Origin: Methanocaldococcus sp. 28A
GTDB taxonomy: Archaea; AGJL01; Methanococci; Methanococcales; Methanocaldococcaceae
Strand: one strand, 5' to 3'
Assembly: GCA_049852185.1 (NCBI GenBank)
Contig: CP187540.1
DNA length: 64,000 nt
Shown here: positions 41,668 to 53,098 of the stretch, piece by piece
Numbering within the stretch: position 1 is the first letter of the stretch
Layout of the letters: every line of letters begins with the position of its first letter
Notes under the pieces: model-generated
What the model was told of the DNA's origin: nothing
Databases searched by the model: none
The model's input: the letters and a program-made list of their open reading frames with translations, nothing else
Made by a program: the position numbers and the translations under genes

Positions 41668-42249
41668 TTACTTTTTAATTAATTTAATAACTTCAGCTAT
41701 CTTTTTACCTAAGTTTCTTGCAGTTTCTAAGCCAATATCATCATCTTTGCAATCTCCTGGAGCTTTTCCTACACCTGTCCCTCCATAGTGAGCTGTTGGG
41801 TCATTATCTCCAACAACTATCATTGAATGTATTAAAAAGAAATTATGAATTTGTTGAATTGTTGTCTCTTGTCCTCCATTTCTACTTGCTCCAACTGCTA
41901 TAGCTCCTCCAACTTTATTTTTTAATTGAAAACCAACTCTTAAAGGTCTTGACCTATCCATCAACATCTTTAACTGAGCTGAAACTCCACCAAAGTAAAC
42001 TGGTGAGCCGAGTATAATCCCATCAGCTTCTTTCATCTTTTCTAATATTTCCTCAACATCATCAATTATCTGACAACAACCTGTCTCTTTACACATATTG
42101 CAAGCAATACATGGATTTAATTCCTTATCAGCCAATGATATGAATTCTGTCTCAATTCCTTCCTCAGCAATAGCATTTAAGGCCTCTCTAACTAATAAAG
42201 TTGTATTTCCTTCAGGTCTTGGACTACCACTTATCCCTATAACTTTCAT
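41668..42249 (-). CDS. Iron-sulfur flavoprotein (flavodoxin family)
   Basis: SGSPRPEGNT, CxxCxxCxxxxxC, GSPVYFG, RNGGQE; start at ATG 42249 after GAGGTGA. Confidence 0.9.
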   Translation of the reverse strand: MKVIGISGSPRPEGNTTLLVREALNAIAEEGIETEFISLADKELNPCIACNMCKETGCCQIIDDVEEILEKMKEADGIILGSPVYFGGVSAQLKMLMDRSRPLRVGFQLKNKVGGAIAVGASRNGGQETTIQQIHNFFLIHSMIVVGDNDPTAHYGGTGVGKAPGDCKDDDIGLETARNLGKKIAEVIKLIKK

Positions 42250-42329
42250 ATTTCTCACCTCATAGCATACTAATTTCAATTATTATTTCAATTTATTTTG
42301 TTAATATTTAATAATTTTTCTCATCATAT

Positions 42330-42463
42330 CTACATTACTCTAAAATAGTTAAGCCATTTTTTAACATTTTGATACCAATCATCTAATAGCTCCTCAATTA
42401 TATCGCTCACTTTATCTAACTCTACAGCGTTGATATAATTTATATCCTACTTTTTCAGTTCAT
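42330..42463 (-). pseudogene. Short unidentified gene relic
   Basis: AGGTGAGA RBS + ATG, then disrupted frame reading DINYINAVELDKVSDIIEELLDDWYQNVKKW. Confidence 0.35.
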
Positions 42464-42487
42464 TAATCTTCTCACCTGATTTAGTTT

Positions 42488-42895
42488 TTATTTGTCTTTA
42501 TCAGTTATTATTTTTACATAAAACTCTCTTCTTCTTGGTCCATCAAATTCAGCAAAAAAAATGCCTTGCCAAGTTCCTAATAATGGTTTTCCATCTTTAA
42601 TAATAATTGTTTGAGAACAGCCAACTAAAGAGCTTTTTATATGTGCATCTGAATTACCTTCTAAGTGTGTAAAATTCCAATTTTTAGGAATAAGATGAGA
42701 GAGAAAGTTTGTTATATCATCCTTAACAGATGGGTCAGCATTTTCATTTATAGTTATTCCAGCGGTTGTGTGTGGAACATAAATAATTGCTATCCCATCT
42801 TTAACCTTTGATTCTGCTATAGCTGAAACTATTTGAGGAGTGATATCTACCAACTCTTCTCTTTTATTTGTTTTTATTTGGAATTTAAATAACAT
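42488..42895 (-). CDS. YjbQ/UPF0047 family protein
   Basis: PHTTAGITINE, GNSDAHIK, LGTWQGIFFAEFDGPR. Confidence 0.93.
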   Translation of the reverse strand: MLFKFQIKTNKREELVDITPQIVSAIAESKVKDGIAIIYVPHTTAGITINENADPSVKDDITNFLSHLIPKNWNFTHLEGNSDAHIKSSLVGCSQTIIIKDGKPLLGTWQGIFFAEFDGPRRREFYVKIITDKDK

Positions 42896-42983
42896 TATCT
42901 CACCAGTTCATTAGAGATTACGGTAACTTTTAAATAGTTTTATAACTAATAAACCGATTACATTACAATTCTACAATTTTAAG

Positions 42984-44807
42984 GTGAGAATAATGGATGT
43001 CAAAAGTAAGTTATCAATTTTATTTTTAATTTTATATATTATATTAGGAGCATTTATTCAATATAATGGAATATCACAATTTAAATCTTTACCTTCTCCA
43101 ATTTATGGAGGGGATTACTATTATCAGATGGGGGTTATTTGGCATATTAGAGAGGGAGGTAATCCATTAGAAAGTTCATCAATGCTTGGTGGAATGCCAG
43201 GTTATTTACCTGTCTATGGCTATTTATGTGCTAAATTTTGTGATTTGTTAAATTTAGATACAATGAAAGGAATGTTTTATTTTTCAATAGTTATATTTAT
43301 TCTTAGTAGTATTATATGGTTTTATTTATTTAGAATTTTATTTAAAGATGATTGGATTGCATTAATTGGAGTGGTTTTAGCTAATGGGATAAGTTCATAT
43401 CCAATATTAAAATATACTAACTTTACTCACCAAATTATGCTACCTTTATTTGTTATTGCTCTATATTTAGCATTTAAAGAAAGAAAGATAATTCATTATG
43501 CTTTGTTGGGATTAATTTATGGTTTATTAACCCTATCTCACATGGTTGCATTTGTTGGAGCTACTTTGATATTATTAATTTTCATAGTCTATGAAATATA
43601 TAAAAATAGAGATAGAATTATTGACTATTTAAAAGAAAATATAGTAAAATGGGGGATTTTTGGTATTATCGCTGTGCCTATATTGATGCTTTACTGGTAT
43701 AAACCGTTATTTGTATATCATCTTCATAGCTATTATGATAGAGTACATATGGATACTATAGATTTTGGTAGGTTAGATGTACAAATAAGCTTTTTATTAG
43801 ATATGATTAAAACATATTTATTAAATTTTTCATCTATTGGAGCTATTATAAGCACTTTATTAGTTTGGTTGGGGATATATGCATATTATAAATCAGAAAA
43901 TAGTATAGAGAAAGAGTTTATTAAAATATTTGGAACTGGTTCTTTATTTGCTACATTTTGTTATTTCATAACTGAACCCCTGCTTAAAATTAACTTTGTC
44001 CCAACATATATGCAAGGATTTTATTTATGGTTGTTAGCTATCCTTATAGGGCTATTTGGATTAAAATATATAAAAGAGCACTTTAAACTATATGATAATA
44101 AAAATATTATTGTATTTGGAGTTTTATTTATTCTATTATTTGCTAACACTACCTTTGCATTTATTGATTATATAAACAATAATAAATGGGCTAAGGTAGG
44201 AAAATATCCAATGCCTGAAGTATATCAATCCTTACAACAATATTTATTAACACATACAGATGTAAATGATGTAATCTTATCAACTAAAGAATTAAGCTTT
44301 GTAATTAATTCAATTAGTGGAAGAAAGGTAATGGTTGATAGGTGGGCACAACAAAATAACCCTTACATTAACTTACCTCAAAGAGATATGGATGCCGCTA
44401 TAATATTATATGGAAATGATACAAAGAAAAAATTGGAGTTAATTAAAAAGTATAAGGTAAAGTATCTATATTGGGACTATTATTGGATTAATTCTGAGTT
44501 TCAATTTGATAAATATGGGCGAATTATTGGAATTTATGACCCATTAATGACTTATGATACAAAAGAAAATAGAGAATATCTAGATAAATATGGAGTTAAA
44601 TATATCCCAATGTATTATTGGATAGACCCATCTACGAGGTATCCAAATGTTAGGAAGTTTCATATTTTAATTATATCTCCACAAAACTACTATAACTTCA
44701 CAAACCCTTGGAAACCTGATTTAAATAAATATTTAGTAGAAGTTTGGAATTATACATATAATGGTCAAAAAATTGCTGTATTGTATAAAATAAATATCAG
44801 CCATTAG
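42984..44807 (+). CDS. Multi-pass membrane protein, probable GT-C glycosyltransferase
   Basis: Many TM helices, first loop GGDYYY, soluble C-terminal domain (LIKKYKVKYLY). Confidence 0.6.
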   Translation: MRIMDVKSKLSILFLILYIILGAFIQYNGISQFKSLPSPIYGGDYYYQMGVIWHIREGGNPLESSSMLGGMPGYLPVYGYLCAKFCDLLNLDTMKGMFYFSIVIFILSSIIWFYLFRILFKDDWIALIGVVLANGISSYPILKYTNFTHQIMLPLFVIALYLAFKERKIIHYALLGLIYGLLTLSHMVAFVGATLILLIFIVYEIYKNRDRIIDYLKENIVKWGIFGIIAVPILMLYWYKPLFVYHLHSYYDRVHMDTIDFGRLDVQISFLLDMIKTYLLNFSSIGAIISTLLVWLGIYAYYKSENSIEKEFIKIFGTGSLFATFCYFITEPLLKINFVPTYMQGFYLWLLAILIGLFGLKYIKEHFKLYDNKNIIVFGVLFILLFANTTFAFIDYINNNKWAKVGKYPMPEVYQSLQQYLLTHTDVNDVILSTKELSFVINSISGRKVMVDRWAQQNNPYINLPQRDMDAAIILYGNDTKKKLELIKKYKVKYLYWDYYWINSEFQFDKYGRIIGIYDPLMTYDTKENREYLDKYGVKYIPMYYWIDPSTRYPNVRKFHILIISPQNYYNFTNPWKPDLNKYLVEVWNYTYNGQKIAVLYKINISH

Positions 44808-44848
44808 GTAGAAGTTGTCAAGATAAAAAATAAATAAGTAAATGTAAA

Positions 44849-44960
44849 TATAGTTGTGTGCAAAATAAAATAAACTATTATAAGGACAATTTGAATGCCT
44901 TCCTTATGGAGTATTCTTTAATACCTTATTTTATTTAAAATAGTTTTGCACACAACTATA
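44849..44960. mobile_element. Family B element
   Basis: Perfect 17-bp TIRs; near-identical to 46643-46754. Confidence 0.9.
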
Positions 44961-44979
44961 AAAGAAGATATGAAACTTA

Positions 44980-45175
44980 CTATAGAAGTAATATCTCTGT
45001 TAAGTCTTCCATAGCTCTTAACGATATTTCTAAAAACTCCTTAATAACAGAAACTTTAAGTAATAGTTCGATAGTATATTTTCTTGGCTTCAAACCTTTG
45101 GGTAATTTAATATCCTCTATAATCTCATCAAAAACTTCTAATATATCGTTTATATCATATATCTTCGTGTCTCAT
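44980..45175 (-). pseudogene. N-terminal relic of IS5/IS982-like DDE transposase
   Basis: Frameshifted start, then KIYDINDILEVFDEIIEDIKLPKGLKPRKYTIELLLKVSVIKEFLEISLRAMEDL. Confidence 0.5.
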
Positions 45176-45281
45176 CTTTTCGCTACAATATTTTTTATTG
45201 TTATTATATTAATATATAAATATTACTCGATTTTAGACACGCTCTTAATAAAAAAAATATTTAAAAAAATAAAAATTTCTT

Positions 45282-46421
45282 TTATTTCTTTTTTTTATTT
45301 TTTTTAATAACAATCATCCTATCTGTACATGTAAAGCATGGGTCACAGCTTGCAATAATCAATTCAGCATCTGAAACATGATGTCCCGGTAAGATAGCTT
45401 CCATACAAGCTAAGTTAGTTGCTGTTGGTGTTCTAACTTTTGCCTGCCTAACTCTTCCATTTTCATCTAAACCATAGGAATAATAAACCTGCCCTCTTTG
45501 GGCTTCATTATATATATCTATTGGTTTAAATTCTTTTAATTCATAGTTTGGATTATATATTCTCTTATCTAAGTTTGGCAAGTCCTTTAACCCCTGTCTA
45601 ATTATTTTAATGCTTTCAAAACACTCATAAAATCTTACAGCCAATCTGCTAAAAACATCTCCATCATCAAATAAAACTTCTTCAAACTCAAAGTTGTCAT
45701 AAACTGGAACCTGCCCCTTTTTTCTCATATCACAAGAAATTCCACTACCTCTTGCAGTAGGTCCTAATGCATGCAATTTTTTAGCAGTTTTTTTATCTAA
45801 AACACCAACATCTTTAACTCTCGCCATAATCATTGGGTCATTTACTGTCCTATCTAACAATTTTTTTACGTTTTCTTCAAACTTTTTTAGTCTCTCTAAT
45901 AATGCAGGAATTTTACTCTCATTTATATTACATCTCGGTCTAATTCCTCCTATTATTGGGCATGAGTATTGAGCTCTTCCTCCAGTAATCTCTCCTAAAA
46001 TTTGCATTATTGGCTCTCTAATCATAAATGCTCTAAAAGCCATAGTCTCAAAACCTAAAACTTCAAATGCATGCCCAAACAATAAAGTGTGAGACTGTAA
46101 CCTCTCCAATTCTTCAACTATAGCCCTTATATACTCAGCCCTCTCTGGAACTTCTATATCACATCCTCTTTCAGTAACCATTACATTACACCATACATGA
46201 ATGTGAGAGCAGATTCCACAAATCTTTTCTGATAATATACTAACTTTCTCTGGAGGTAATCCTTCCATAATAAGTTCTATCCCTCTATAATTAACACCAA
46301 TTACTAATTCAGCCTCTTTTATAATTTCATCTTCAATAAATAATCTTAATCTGTGAGGTTCAAGCATTGTTGGATGAACTGGACCTATAGCTATTTCTCC
46401 CTCATACTTCATGAACAACAC
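45282..46421 (-). CDS. Group 4 energy-converting [NiFe] hydrogenase large subunit (Ehb/Eha type)
   Basis: [27 protein letters not shown]. Confidence 0.9.
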   Translation of the reverse strand: MLFMKYEGEIAIGPVHPTMLEPHRLRLFIEDEIIKEAELVIGVNYRGIELIMEGLPPEKVSILSEKICGICSHIHVWCNVMVTERGCDIEVPERAEYIRAIVEELERLQSHTLLFGHAFEVLGFETMAFRAFMIREPIMQILGEITGGRAQYSCPIIGGIRPRCNINESKIPALLERLKKFEENVKKLLDRTVNDPMIMARVKDVGVLDKKTAKKLHALGPTARGSGISCDMRKKGQVPVYDNFEFEEVLFDDGDVFSRLAVRFYECFESIKIIRQGLKDLPNLDKRIYNPNYELKEFKPIDIYNEAQRGQVYYSYGLDENGRVRQAKVRTPTATNLACMEAILPGHHVSDAELIIASCDPCFTCTDRMIVIKKNKKKK

Positions 46422-46473
46422 CTAATAATTATAAACATTGATTAGACATATTATATGACCTACCAACAATGAG

Positions 46474-46566
46474 TATAGAACTTTCGCAGTTTATATATTA
46501 AATAAGGTATTTAGATGCCTTTGGCATCAAAGTTCATTATTATTAGTTACTCCTACGAAACTCATA
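46474..46566. mobile_element. Family A element (reverse orientation relative to 2024)
   Basis: TATAGAACTTTCGCAG ... GATGCCTTTGGCATC ... CTACGAAACTCATA. Confidence 0.8.
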
Positions 46567-46642
46567 ATAATTTATCATAATTAATAATGATAATTTACCT
46601 AACCTTTTATATACTTTTGTTTTAATAAACATATTAGATTTT

Positions 46643-46754
46643 TATAGTTGTGTGCAAAATAAAATAAACTTTTATAAGGACAATTTGAATGCCTTCCTTA
46701 TGGAGTATTCTTTAATACCTTATTTTATTTAAAATAGTTTTGCATACAACTATA
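46643..46754. mobile_element. Family B element
   Basis: TATAGTTGTGTGCAAAA / TTTTGCATACAACTATA. Confidence 0.9.
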
Positions 46755-46779
46755 TTTTTATAAAATTATTAAAAATCTG

Positions 46780-48069
46780 GTGATTGTTATGACTCAAATG
46801 GACGATGCAAAGAATGGAATTATCACAGAAGAGATGAAAATTGTTGCTGAAAATGAAAAAATTGACGCTGAAAAACTTAGAAAGCTTATAGCAAAAGGTT
46901 ATGTTATTATTCCAAAAAATGTTAATAGGGATACTACACCCATAGGAATTGGGCAGTTTTTAAGAACTAAAGTAAATGCAAACATTGGAACTTCTCCAGA
47001 TTGTGTTGATATTGACTTAGAGATAAAAAAGGCAAAGATTGCTGAAAAGTATGGGGCAGATGCAGTAATGGATTTGAGTACTGGAGGTAATTTGGATGAG
47101 ATAAGAAAAGCTATAATGAAGGCAGTTAAAATCCCTATTGGAACAGTTCCAATTTACGAAGTTGGAAAATTAGCGAGAGAGAAATATGGAAGAGTCGTTG
47201 ATATGAATGAAGATTTAATGTTCAATGTAATTGAAAAACAGGCAAAAGAAGGAGTAGATTTTATGACATTGCATTGTGGTATAACTAAGCAATCAGTTGA
47301 AAGGTTAAAGAATAGCAAAAGAATAATGGGTGTTGTAAGTAGAGGGGGGGCTTTTTTAACAGCTTATATATTATATCACAATGAAGAAAATCCATTATAT
47401 AAAAACTTTGATTATTTATTAGATATTCTTAAAGAGTATGATGTAACTATAAGCTTAGGAGATGGAATGAGACCTGGATGCTTAGCAGATAACACAGACA
47501 GAGCTCAAATTGAAGAACTAATTATTTTAGGGGAGTTAGTTGATAGATGTAGAGAAAAAGGAGTTCAATGTATGGTAGAAGGGCCTGGACATGTTCCTCT
47601 AAATTATATAGAAACAAACATCAGATTGCAGAAAAGTTTGTGTAAAAATGCACCATTCTACGTTTTAGGGCCGATAGTTACAGATATAGCACCTGGTTAT
47701 GACCACATTACATCCGCAATTGGTGGAGCTTTAGCTGGTTACTATGGAGCTGATTTCCTCTGCTATGTGACTCCAAGTGAGCATTTAAGATTGCCTACAA
47801 TAGACGATGTTAAAGAAGGAGTTATAGCCACTAAAATAGCCGCTCAAGCTGCTGATGTTGCTAAAGGCAATAAATTAGCATGGAAGAAAGAGATAGAGAT
47901 GGCTCACGCAAGAAAAAATCATAATTGGGAAAAGCAGTTTGAATTAGCAATAGATAAAGAGAAAGCAAGAAATATGAGAGAAGAAATTCCTTCAAAAGAT
48001 AAGAGGGCTTGTTCAATTTGTGGAGATTACTGTGCTTTGTTGATGGTTGAAGAATTAGGGAAAAGATAA
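46780..48069 (+). CDS. thiC: Phosphomethylpyrimidine synthase
   Basis: TKVNANIGTS, MDLSTGG, VSRGG, EGPGH, CSICGDYC. Confidence 0.96.
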   Translation: MIVMTQMDDAKNGIITEEMKIVAENEKIDAEKLRKLIAKGYVIIPKNVNRDTTPIGIGQFLRTKVNANIGTSPDCVDIDLEIKKAKIAEKYGADAVMDLSTGGNLDEIRKAIMKAVKIPIGTVPIYEVGKLAREKYGRVVDMNEDLMFNVIEKQAKEGVDFMTLHCGITKQSVERLKNSKRIMGVVSRGGAFLTAYILYHNEENPLYKNFDYLLDILKEYDVTISLGDGMRPGCLADNTDRAQIEELIILGELVDRCREKGVQCMVEGPGHVPLNYIETNIRLQKSLCKNAPFYVLGPIVTDIAPGYDHITSAIGGALAGYYGADFLCYVTPSEHLRLPTIDDVKEGVIATKIAAQAADVAKGNKLAWKKEIEMAHARKNHNWEKQFELAIDKEKARNMREEIPSKDKRACSICGDYCALLMVEELGKR

Positions 48070-48121
48070 GTTATAGTAAAACTAAATTTTATATTATATT
48101 CAAACATTAAAATATTTTTAG

Positions 48122-49285
48122 GTGTTTCTTATGGATAAAAATGAGTTAATAACTGAAATTTTAAAAAATGAAGTTGTTAAGGCATTAGGATGCACAGAAA
48201 TTGGACTAATAGGCTATACTGTTGCTAAGGCAAAACCTGAAGATTTGTATTTAATAAAAGAGATTAAACTAATTTTAGATAAAGGAACATTTAAAAACGC
48301 TTATGCTGTTGGTGTTCCAAACACTAACAAATTTGGAATACTACCTGCAGTTGTTGGAGGTTTGTTAGGTAATAAAGAAAATAAGCTTGAAGTATTTAAA
48401 GATATAAAATATGATGAGGAATTAGAGAAATTTATAGAAAATAAGCTAAAGATAGAAGTTATTGATTCAGATGTCTATTGTAAGGTAATTATAGAAGCAG
48501 ATAAAACTTATGAAGCTGAAACTAAAGGTAGCCATTCAGGGAAGGTTATAGATGAAAGTTTAAAAAATGCATACAAAAACTTAACTCTCAAAGATTTCAT
48601 TGATTATATTGAAGATATTCCAGAAGATATTGTTAATATTATAAAAGAAACAATAGAAACAAACAAAAACTTATCAACACCAGAAGTTCCCGAAGATTTT
48701 ATCAATCTAAGTTTAGATGATGAATCACTAAATTATATGCTTAAAAAAACCATCTCAGCAGTTTATAACAGAATGATTGGCATTAATAAACCAGCTATGG
48801 CTATTGCAGGTAGCGGAAATATGGGATTAACAGCTACTTTACCAATAATTGCTTATGATGAGATAAAAGGAAATGATGAAGAGAAATTAATAAAATCTAT
48901 CACATTATCTACTTTAACCACTATATATTCAGCTTATTATTCATCCTACATCTCAGCAATGTGTGGATGTGTAAATAGAGGAGGGATTGGAGCAGTTTCT
49001 GGTTTATCCTATTATATTTTTGGAGCAGATAAAATTGAAGAAAGCATTAAGAGCTTTACGGCTAATCTTCCAGGTATTATTTGTGATGGAGGAAAAATTG
49101 GATGTGCTCTAAAAATTGCTTCAGGCATCTTTGCAATATATTTGTCTTTATACTCTAAACTTCCTTACACAAATGGAATTGTTGGAAAGGACTTTAAGGA
49201 ATGCATAGAGAATATTGGAAAAATTGGTAAGGCAATGGAACCTGTTGATGATGTGATAATAGAGATATTGAAAAATAAAAGATAG
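48122..49285 (+). CDS. L-cysteine desulfidase (Fe-S dependent)
   Basis: ALGCTE, AGSGN, SAMCGC, ICDGGKIGCALK. Confidence 0.85.
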   Translation: MFLMDKNELITEILKNEVVKALGCTEIGLIGYTVAKAKPEDLYLIKEIKLILDKGTFKNAYAVGVPNTNKFGILPAVVGGLLGNKENKLEVFKDIKYDEELEKFIENKLKIEVIDSDVYCKVIIEADKTYEAETKGSHSGKVIDESLKNAYKNLTLKDFIDYIEDIPEDIVNIIKETIETNKNLSTPEVPEDFINLSLDDESLNYMLKKTISAVYNRMIGINKPAMAIAGSGNMGLTATLPIIAYDEIKGNDEEKLIKSITLSTLTTIYSAYYSSYISAMCGCVNRGGIGAVSGLSYYIFGADKIEESIKSFTANLPGIICDGGKIGCALKIASGIFAIYLSLYSKLPYTNGIVGKDFKECIENIGKIGKAMEPVDDVIIEILKNKR

Positions 49286-49287
49286 AT

Positions 49288-50490
49288 TTATCTTTTAAAT
49301 ATAATTTTTAATGCCTTCTTTAATGTTAAATTTTCCTCATACAACAAAACACCGATTTTAAACAGCTTTATTGATAAGATAAACGATACAGCTATACTAA
49401 TAATCATAATAGCTGTTGATAATGCTATTTCTGTTGAAGGTAGTTGAGTTACACTTTCCCTTAAAACTACTGTATATGGAGCAGTAAATGGAATATATGA
49501 AAGGATTTTAGCCATGTAATGATTTGGATTAACCATTATCGTGTTCATAAACATTATTGGAATAATTTGTATAATCATTATTGGGGATATTAGTTGAGAG
49601 GCATCTTTTGGATGAGTAAATAGGGAAGAGATTCCACATAATAAAGAGGAATAAAATAAATATCCCAATATAAAATAAAGCAGAGCTAAGAATGCTAAAT
49701 ATAGAGAAACTTTAACAGCAAAGATTAATATTACAGGTAAAGCGAATAATAGCCAAATACTTATTTGCACTAAACCTACTACTGAAATTCCTAATATTTT
49801 ACCAAACATTAAGTTTTCAGATGATGCATAACATAATAAAAGCTCCATAATTCTGTTTTGCTTCTCTTCGATAGTTGATGAGACTATAAGCCCTGATAAA
49901 GAAGAGATGGCCATATAAAGTAAAAATACAAAACCTATTGGTAATAATTGAGTTAATAGATTTTCTTTTTCAAATCCTTTCTCAGATACTGAATAAATCT
50001 CAAGATTCAATGGATTTACAACTCTGTTATATGTCTCATTATCCACCTTACCTTTTAAAAGCTTTTTTAGTAAAAAGTCCTTTAAAGTATCTATAATTAT
50101 AGGATTTGGGGACTTTGTTGTAGAATAAATAATTATTTTTCCTGATTTTAAATAATCATTTGGAATAAATATTAAAACATCTATGCTTTTATTTAAAACA
50201 GCTTCTTTACCTTCTTTAATATTATCGTATTTTATAAAATATATAGTTGTATTTTTTCCAAAATTATTTTTTATAACCTTATTTGGAATATTCAAGCCGA
50301 ATTCATCAACATATCCAACTTTTATCTCTTTAACTTCAAACATCATAAAACTTCCAATTATTGCTAAGACAATTATAATTAAAGGAACGACAACTGTGGC
50401 TATTAAAAACTGTTTTCTTTTTATATTGCTGAGAATTTCTCTCTTTCCAATAGTTAAAATTTTTTTAATATCAACTTTCATTATTACCAC
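49288..50490 (-). CDS. ABC-2 transporter permease
   Basis: EEKQNRIMELLL, GKILG, multiple TM helices. Confidence 0.9.
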   Translation of the reverse strand: MVIMKVDIKKILTIGKREILSNIKRKQFLIATVVVPLIIIVLAIIGSFMMFEVKEIKVGYVDEFGLNIPNKVIKNNFGKNTTIYFIKYDNIKEGKEAVLNKSIDVLIFIPNDYLKSGKIIIYSTTKSPNPIIIDTLKDFLLKKLLKGKVDNETYNRVVNPLNLEIYSVSEKGFEKENLLTQLLPIGFVFLLYMAISSLSGLIVSSTIEEKQNRIMELLLCYASSENLMFGKILGISVVGLVQISIWLLFALPVILIFAVKVSLYLAFLALLYFILGYLFYSSLLCGISSLFTHPKDASQLISPIMIIQIIPIMFMNTIMVNPNHYMAKILSYIPFTAPYTVVLRESVTQLPSTEIALSTAIMIISIAVSFILSIKLFKIGVLLYEENLTLKKALKIIFKR

Positions 50491-51277
50491 CTAAATCCAA
50501 AAATAGCTCTTCCAATGAATATCTAACTTCAAATTTAATTACATCTTCTGCCTTTTCTTTTAAAATTAAAACTCCTTCTTTATAAGGAATTTCTTTCTTT
50601 ATTAACTTTCCATTTTCTAAATACTCAATATATGCCATTTTTCTGCAAATATTTTCAATCTTTCCATAATGTATAGTTTTTCCTTTCTTTAAAATTAAAA
50701 CTCTATCACACATCCTTTCTATCTTATCCAATTGATGAGTTGATAACACAACTGTTTTCCCTTCATTTTTTAATTCAAATATTATATTTCTCAATAGCTT
50801 AACATTAACAACATCTAATCCAGAAAACGGCTCATCCAAAATAACAATATCTGGATTATGAATAACTGAAACAATAAATTGAACCTTTTGCTGATTTCCT
50901 TTAGACAACTCTTTAATTTTTGAATTTTTATAATGAGAAATGTTTAATTTATCTAACCAGTAATCAATACTTTTAGTAATCTCATCCTTATTCATTCCAG
51001 CCAATTCACCAAAAAATTTTAATACATCTACAACTTTTTCATCTCTATAGAGTCCCCTCTCTTCTGGCAAATAACCAATTTTTCCATTAACCTCTACATA
51101 GCCAGCATATTCCTCAATAATTCCTGATAATATCCTTAAAGTTGTTGTCTTTCCAGCTCCATTATGTCCCAATAATCCAAAAATCTCCCCCTCATAAACC
51201 TCAAAAGAAATCTTATCTAAGACCTTTTTATCCCCAAAGTATTTTGTTAAATCTTTCACAAGAATTATTGGTTTCAT
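50471..51277 (-). CDS. ABC transporter ATP-binding protein
   Basis: GHNGAGKT, LSKGNQQ, ILDEPFSGLD. Confidence 0.95.
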   Translation of the reverse strand: MKPIILVKDLTKYFGDKKVLDKISFEVYEGEIFGLLGHNGAGKTTTLRILSGIIEEYAGYVEVNGKIGYLPEERGLYRDEKVVDVLKFFGELAGMNKDEITKSIDYWLDKLNISHYKNSKIKELSKGNQQKVQFIVSVIHNPDIVILDEPFSGLDVVNVKLLRNIIFELKNEGKTVVLSTHQLDKIERMCDRVLILKKGKTIHYGKIENICRKMAYIEYLENGKLIKKEIPYKEGVLILKEKAEDVIKFEVRYSLEELFLDLGGNNES

Positions 51278-51477
51278 TTTTTCACATTAATGAATTTTTT
51301 AAGCTTTTTAATGATATTAATTATTTGTTTTTTTAGTTAGGATTTTGTATAAATATAAATATAAACTCCTAAAAGTGTCAAAGTAATCCCTATTTTATAT
51401 AAACTACAAAAGTTCTATATTACAACGATAATTAAAATTATTAAATTATTATAATAACCACTCATAGATGTGATAAA

Positions 51478-53091
51478 ATGCTTGAACCAATAGCCTATGA
51501 TATTGGAAGATTATGCAAAGAGAAGGATAAAGAGCTAACTCCAAAGCTAATTGACATTGATGTTAAAGCTGATGGTTTAAAGATGCCTTATGATACTTAT
51601 AGAGAATTAACACCAATATTTAAAAAATCTTTTATTGGAACTACTGAATATAAAGGTAACGAAATTAAATACCAAATACTAAACTTTGGTAAGCATGTTG
51701 ATTTAATTAACTTGGAAGATGCCGATTTATATGTTATTGCGGATGGTAGAAGGTTAATAGAAAGGAATGAGCTACAAATAATCCCAAAAATTAGAGAGAG
51801 GATATCTCCAAACTCAGCAATTTATTTCCCAGCAACATTTCCTTGGGAAATTCCTTTGTTAGTTTATATGGGTGTTGATTACTTTGATAACTCTTTAGCT
51901 AAGTTATATGCATCAATGGGTTACAAATTTACAAAAAATAGAGCTATAAAGATTGATAATTATAGCTTTGAAGAACTCTACAATATTAACAAGAAAGTTT
52001 ATGAAGAAATCTTAGAAGAAGTTAAAATATCTATAAAAAATGGATTTTTAAGGAATGTTGTTGAAGAAACTTCCATATCTCATCCATATTTATGGGCAAA
52101 TTATAGAAGGTATGTGCCAGATTTAAGAAACATCCCATTATCAAAAGAGAATAAGATTATTGTAACAACAAATATCAACATTCCAGAGGTTAAAAAATAC
52201 TTAGAGAGATTAGATAGATATGAGCCATATTCAAATGTTATAGTTTTGTTACCTTGTTCTTCAAAAAAGCCATATTCAACCTCTCAATCACATCAAAAGT
52301 TTATAAAGGCAATAAATGCCTCAAAAGTTGTTGTTGAGGAAGTTATATTAACTTCACCTTATGGTTTAGTGCCAAGGGCTTTGGAAAAATTGGTTAATTA
52401 TGACATCCCAGTAACTGGAGAATGGAGTTTTGAGGAAATAAAGCTGATAAATAACTGTTTAAAAAACTTTTTGAAGAAAGTTGAGGAAAAATTTAATGAT
52501 TATGTTGTTATAGCCCATTTGCCAGGGCATTATCTTGAAATTTTAGATTTAGATGATATTGTTATAACTTCCAAAGAAAATCCAACATCTGATGAAGCTT
52601 TAAAAAATTTAACAGATACACTAAAAAATTACAAAGAACTAACAAAAAATAAAAATATAAATAAAAGAGGGCAAAAAATCCACAACATTCAACAGCTATC
52701 AAAGTTTCAGTTTGGGATAAATTTCATCCCTAACGAAATATTTATAAATCATAGAGGACAGATATTTACAAAAGTTAATGGCAAAAATCAACAAATAGCC
52801 TCAATTAATCCAAAAAATGGTTTGCTTATATTAACCTTAAGTGGAGGAGAATTATTATGGAATATTGGGGGAAGGGATATTAATTATGTAGAGGTAAATT
52901 ATGAAATTAAAAAAGGTTCACTTTTCTCTCCAGGATTTGTTGATTGTAACGAAAATATCTCTTATAACGATGAAGTTGTTTTAATTAAAGATGATAAATT
53001 CTTAGGTATTGGGAAGGCATTAATGAGTGGATTTGAAATGAAAAAAGCTAAGCATGGGGCTTTAGTAAATATAAGAAACGTTAAAAGGTGA
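51478..53091 (+). CDS. arcS: Archaeosine synthase (TgtA2)
   Basis: LLPCSSKKPYSTSQSH, TSPYGLVPR, C-terminal PUA domain. Confidence 0.88.
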   Translation: MLEPIAYDIGRLCKEKDKELTPKLIDIDVKADGLKMPYDTYRELTPIFKKSFIGTTEYKGNEIKYQILNFGKHVDLINLEDADLYVIADGRRLIERNELQIIPKIRERISPNSAIYFPATFPWEIPLLVYMGVDYFDNSLAKLYASMGYKFTKNRAIKIDNYSFEELYNINKKVYEEILEEVKISIKNGFLRNVVEETSISHPYLWANYRRYVPDLRNIPLSKENKIIVTTNINIPEVKKYLERLDRYEPYSNVIVLLPCSSKKPYSTSQSHQKFIKAINASKVVVEEVILTSPYGLVPRALEKLVNYDIPVTGEWSFEEIKLINNCLKNFLKKVEEKFNDYVVIAHLPGHYLEILDLDDIVITSKENPTSDEALKNLTDTLKNYKELTKNKNINKRGQKIHNIQQLSKFQFGINFIPNEIFINHRGQIFTKVNGKNQQIASINPKNGLLILTLSGGELLWNIGGRDINYVEVNYEIKKGSLFSPGFVDCNENISYNDEVVLIKDDKFLGIGKALMSGFEMKKAKHGALVNIRNVKR

Positions 53092-53098
53092 ATGGCTA

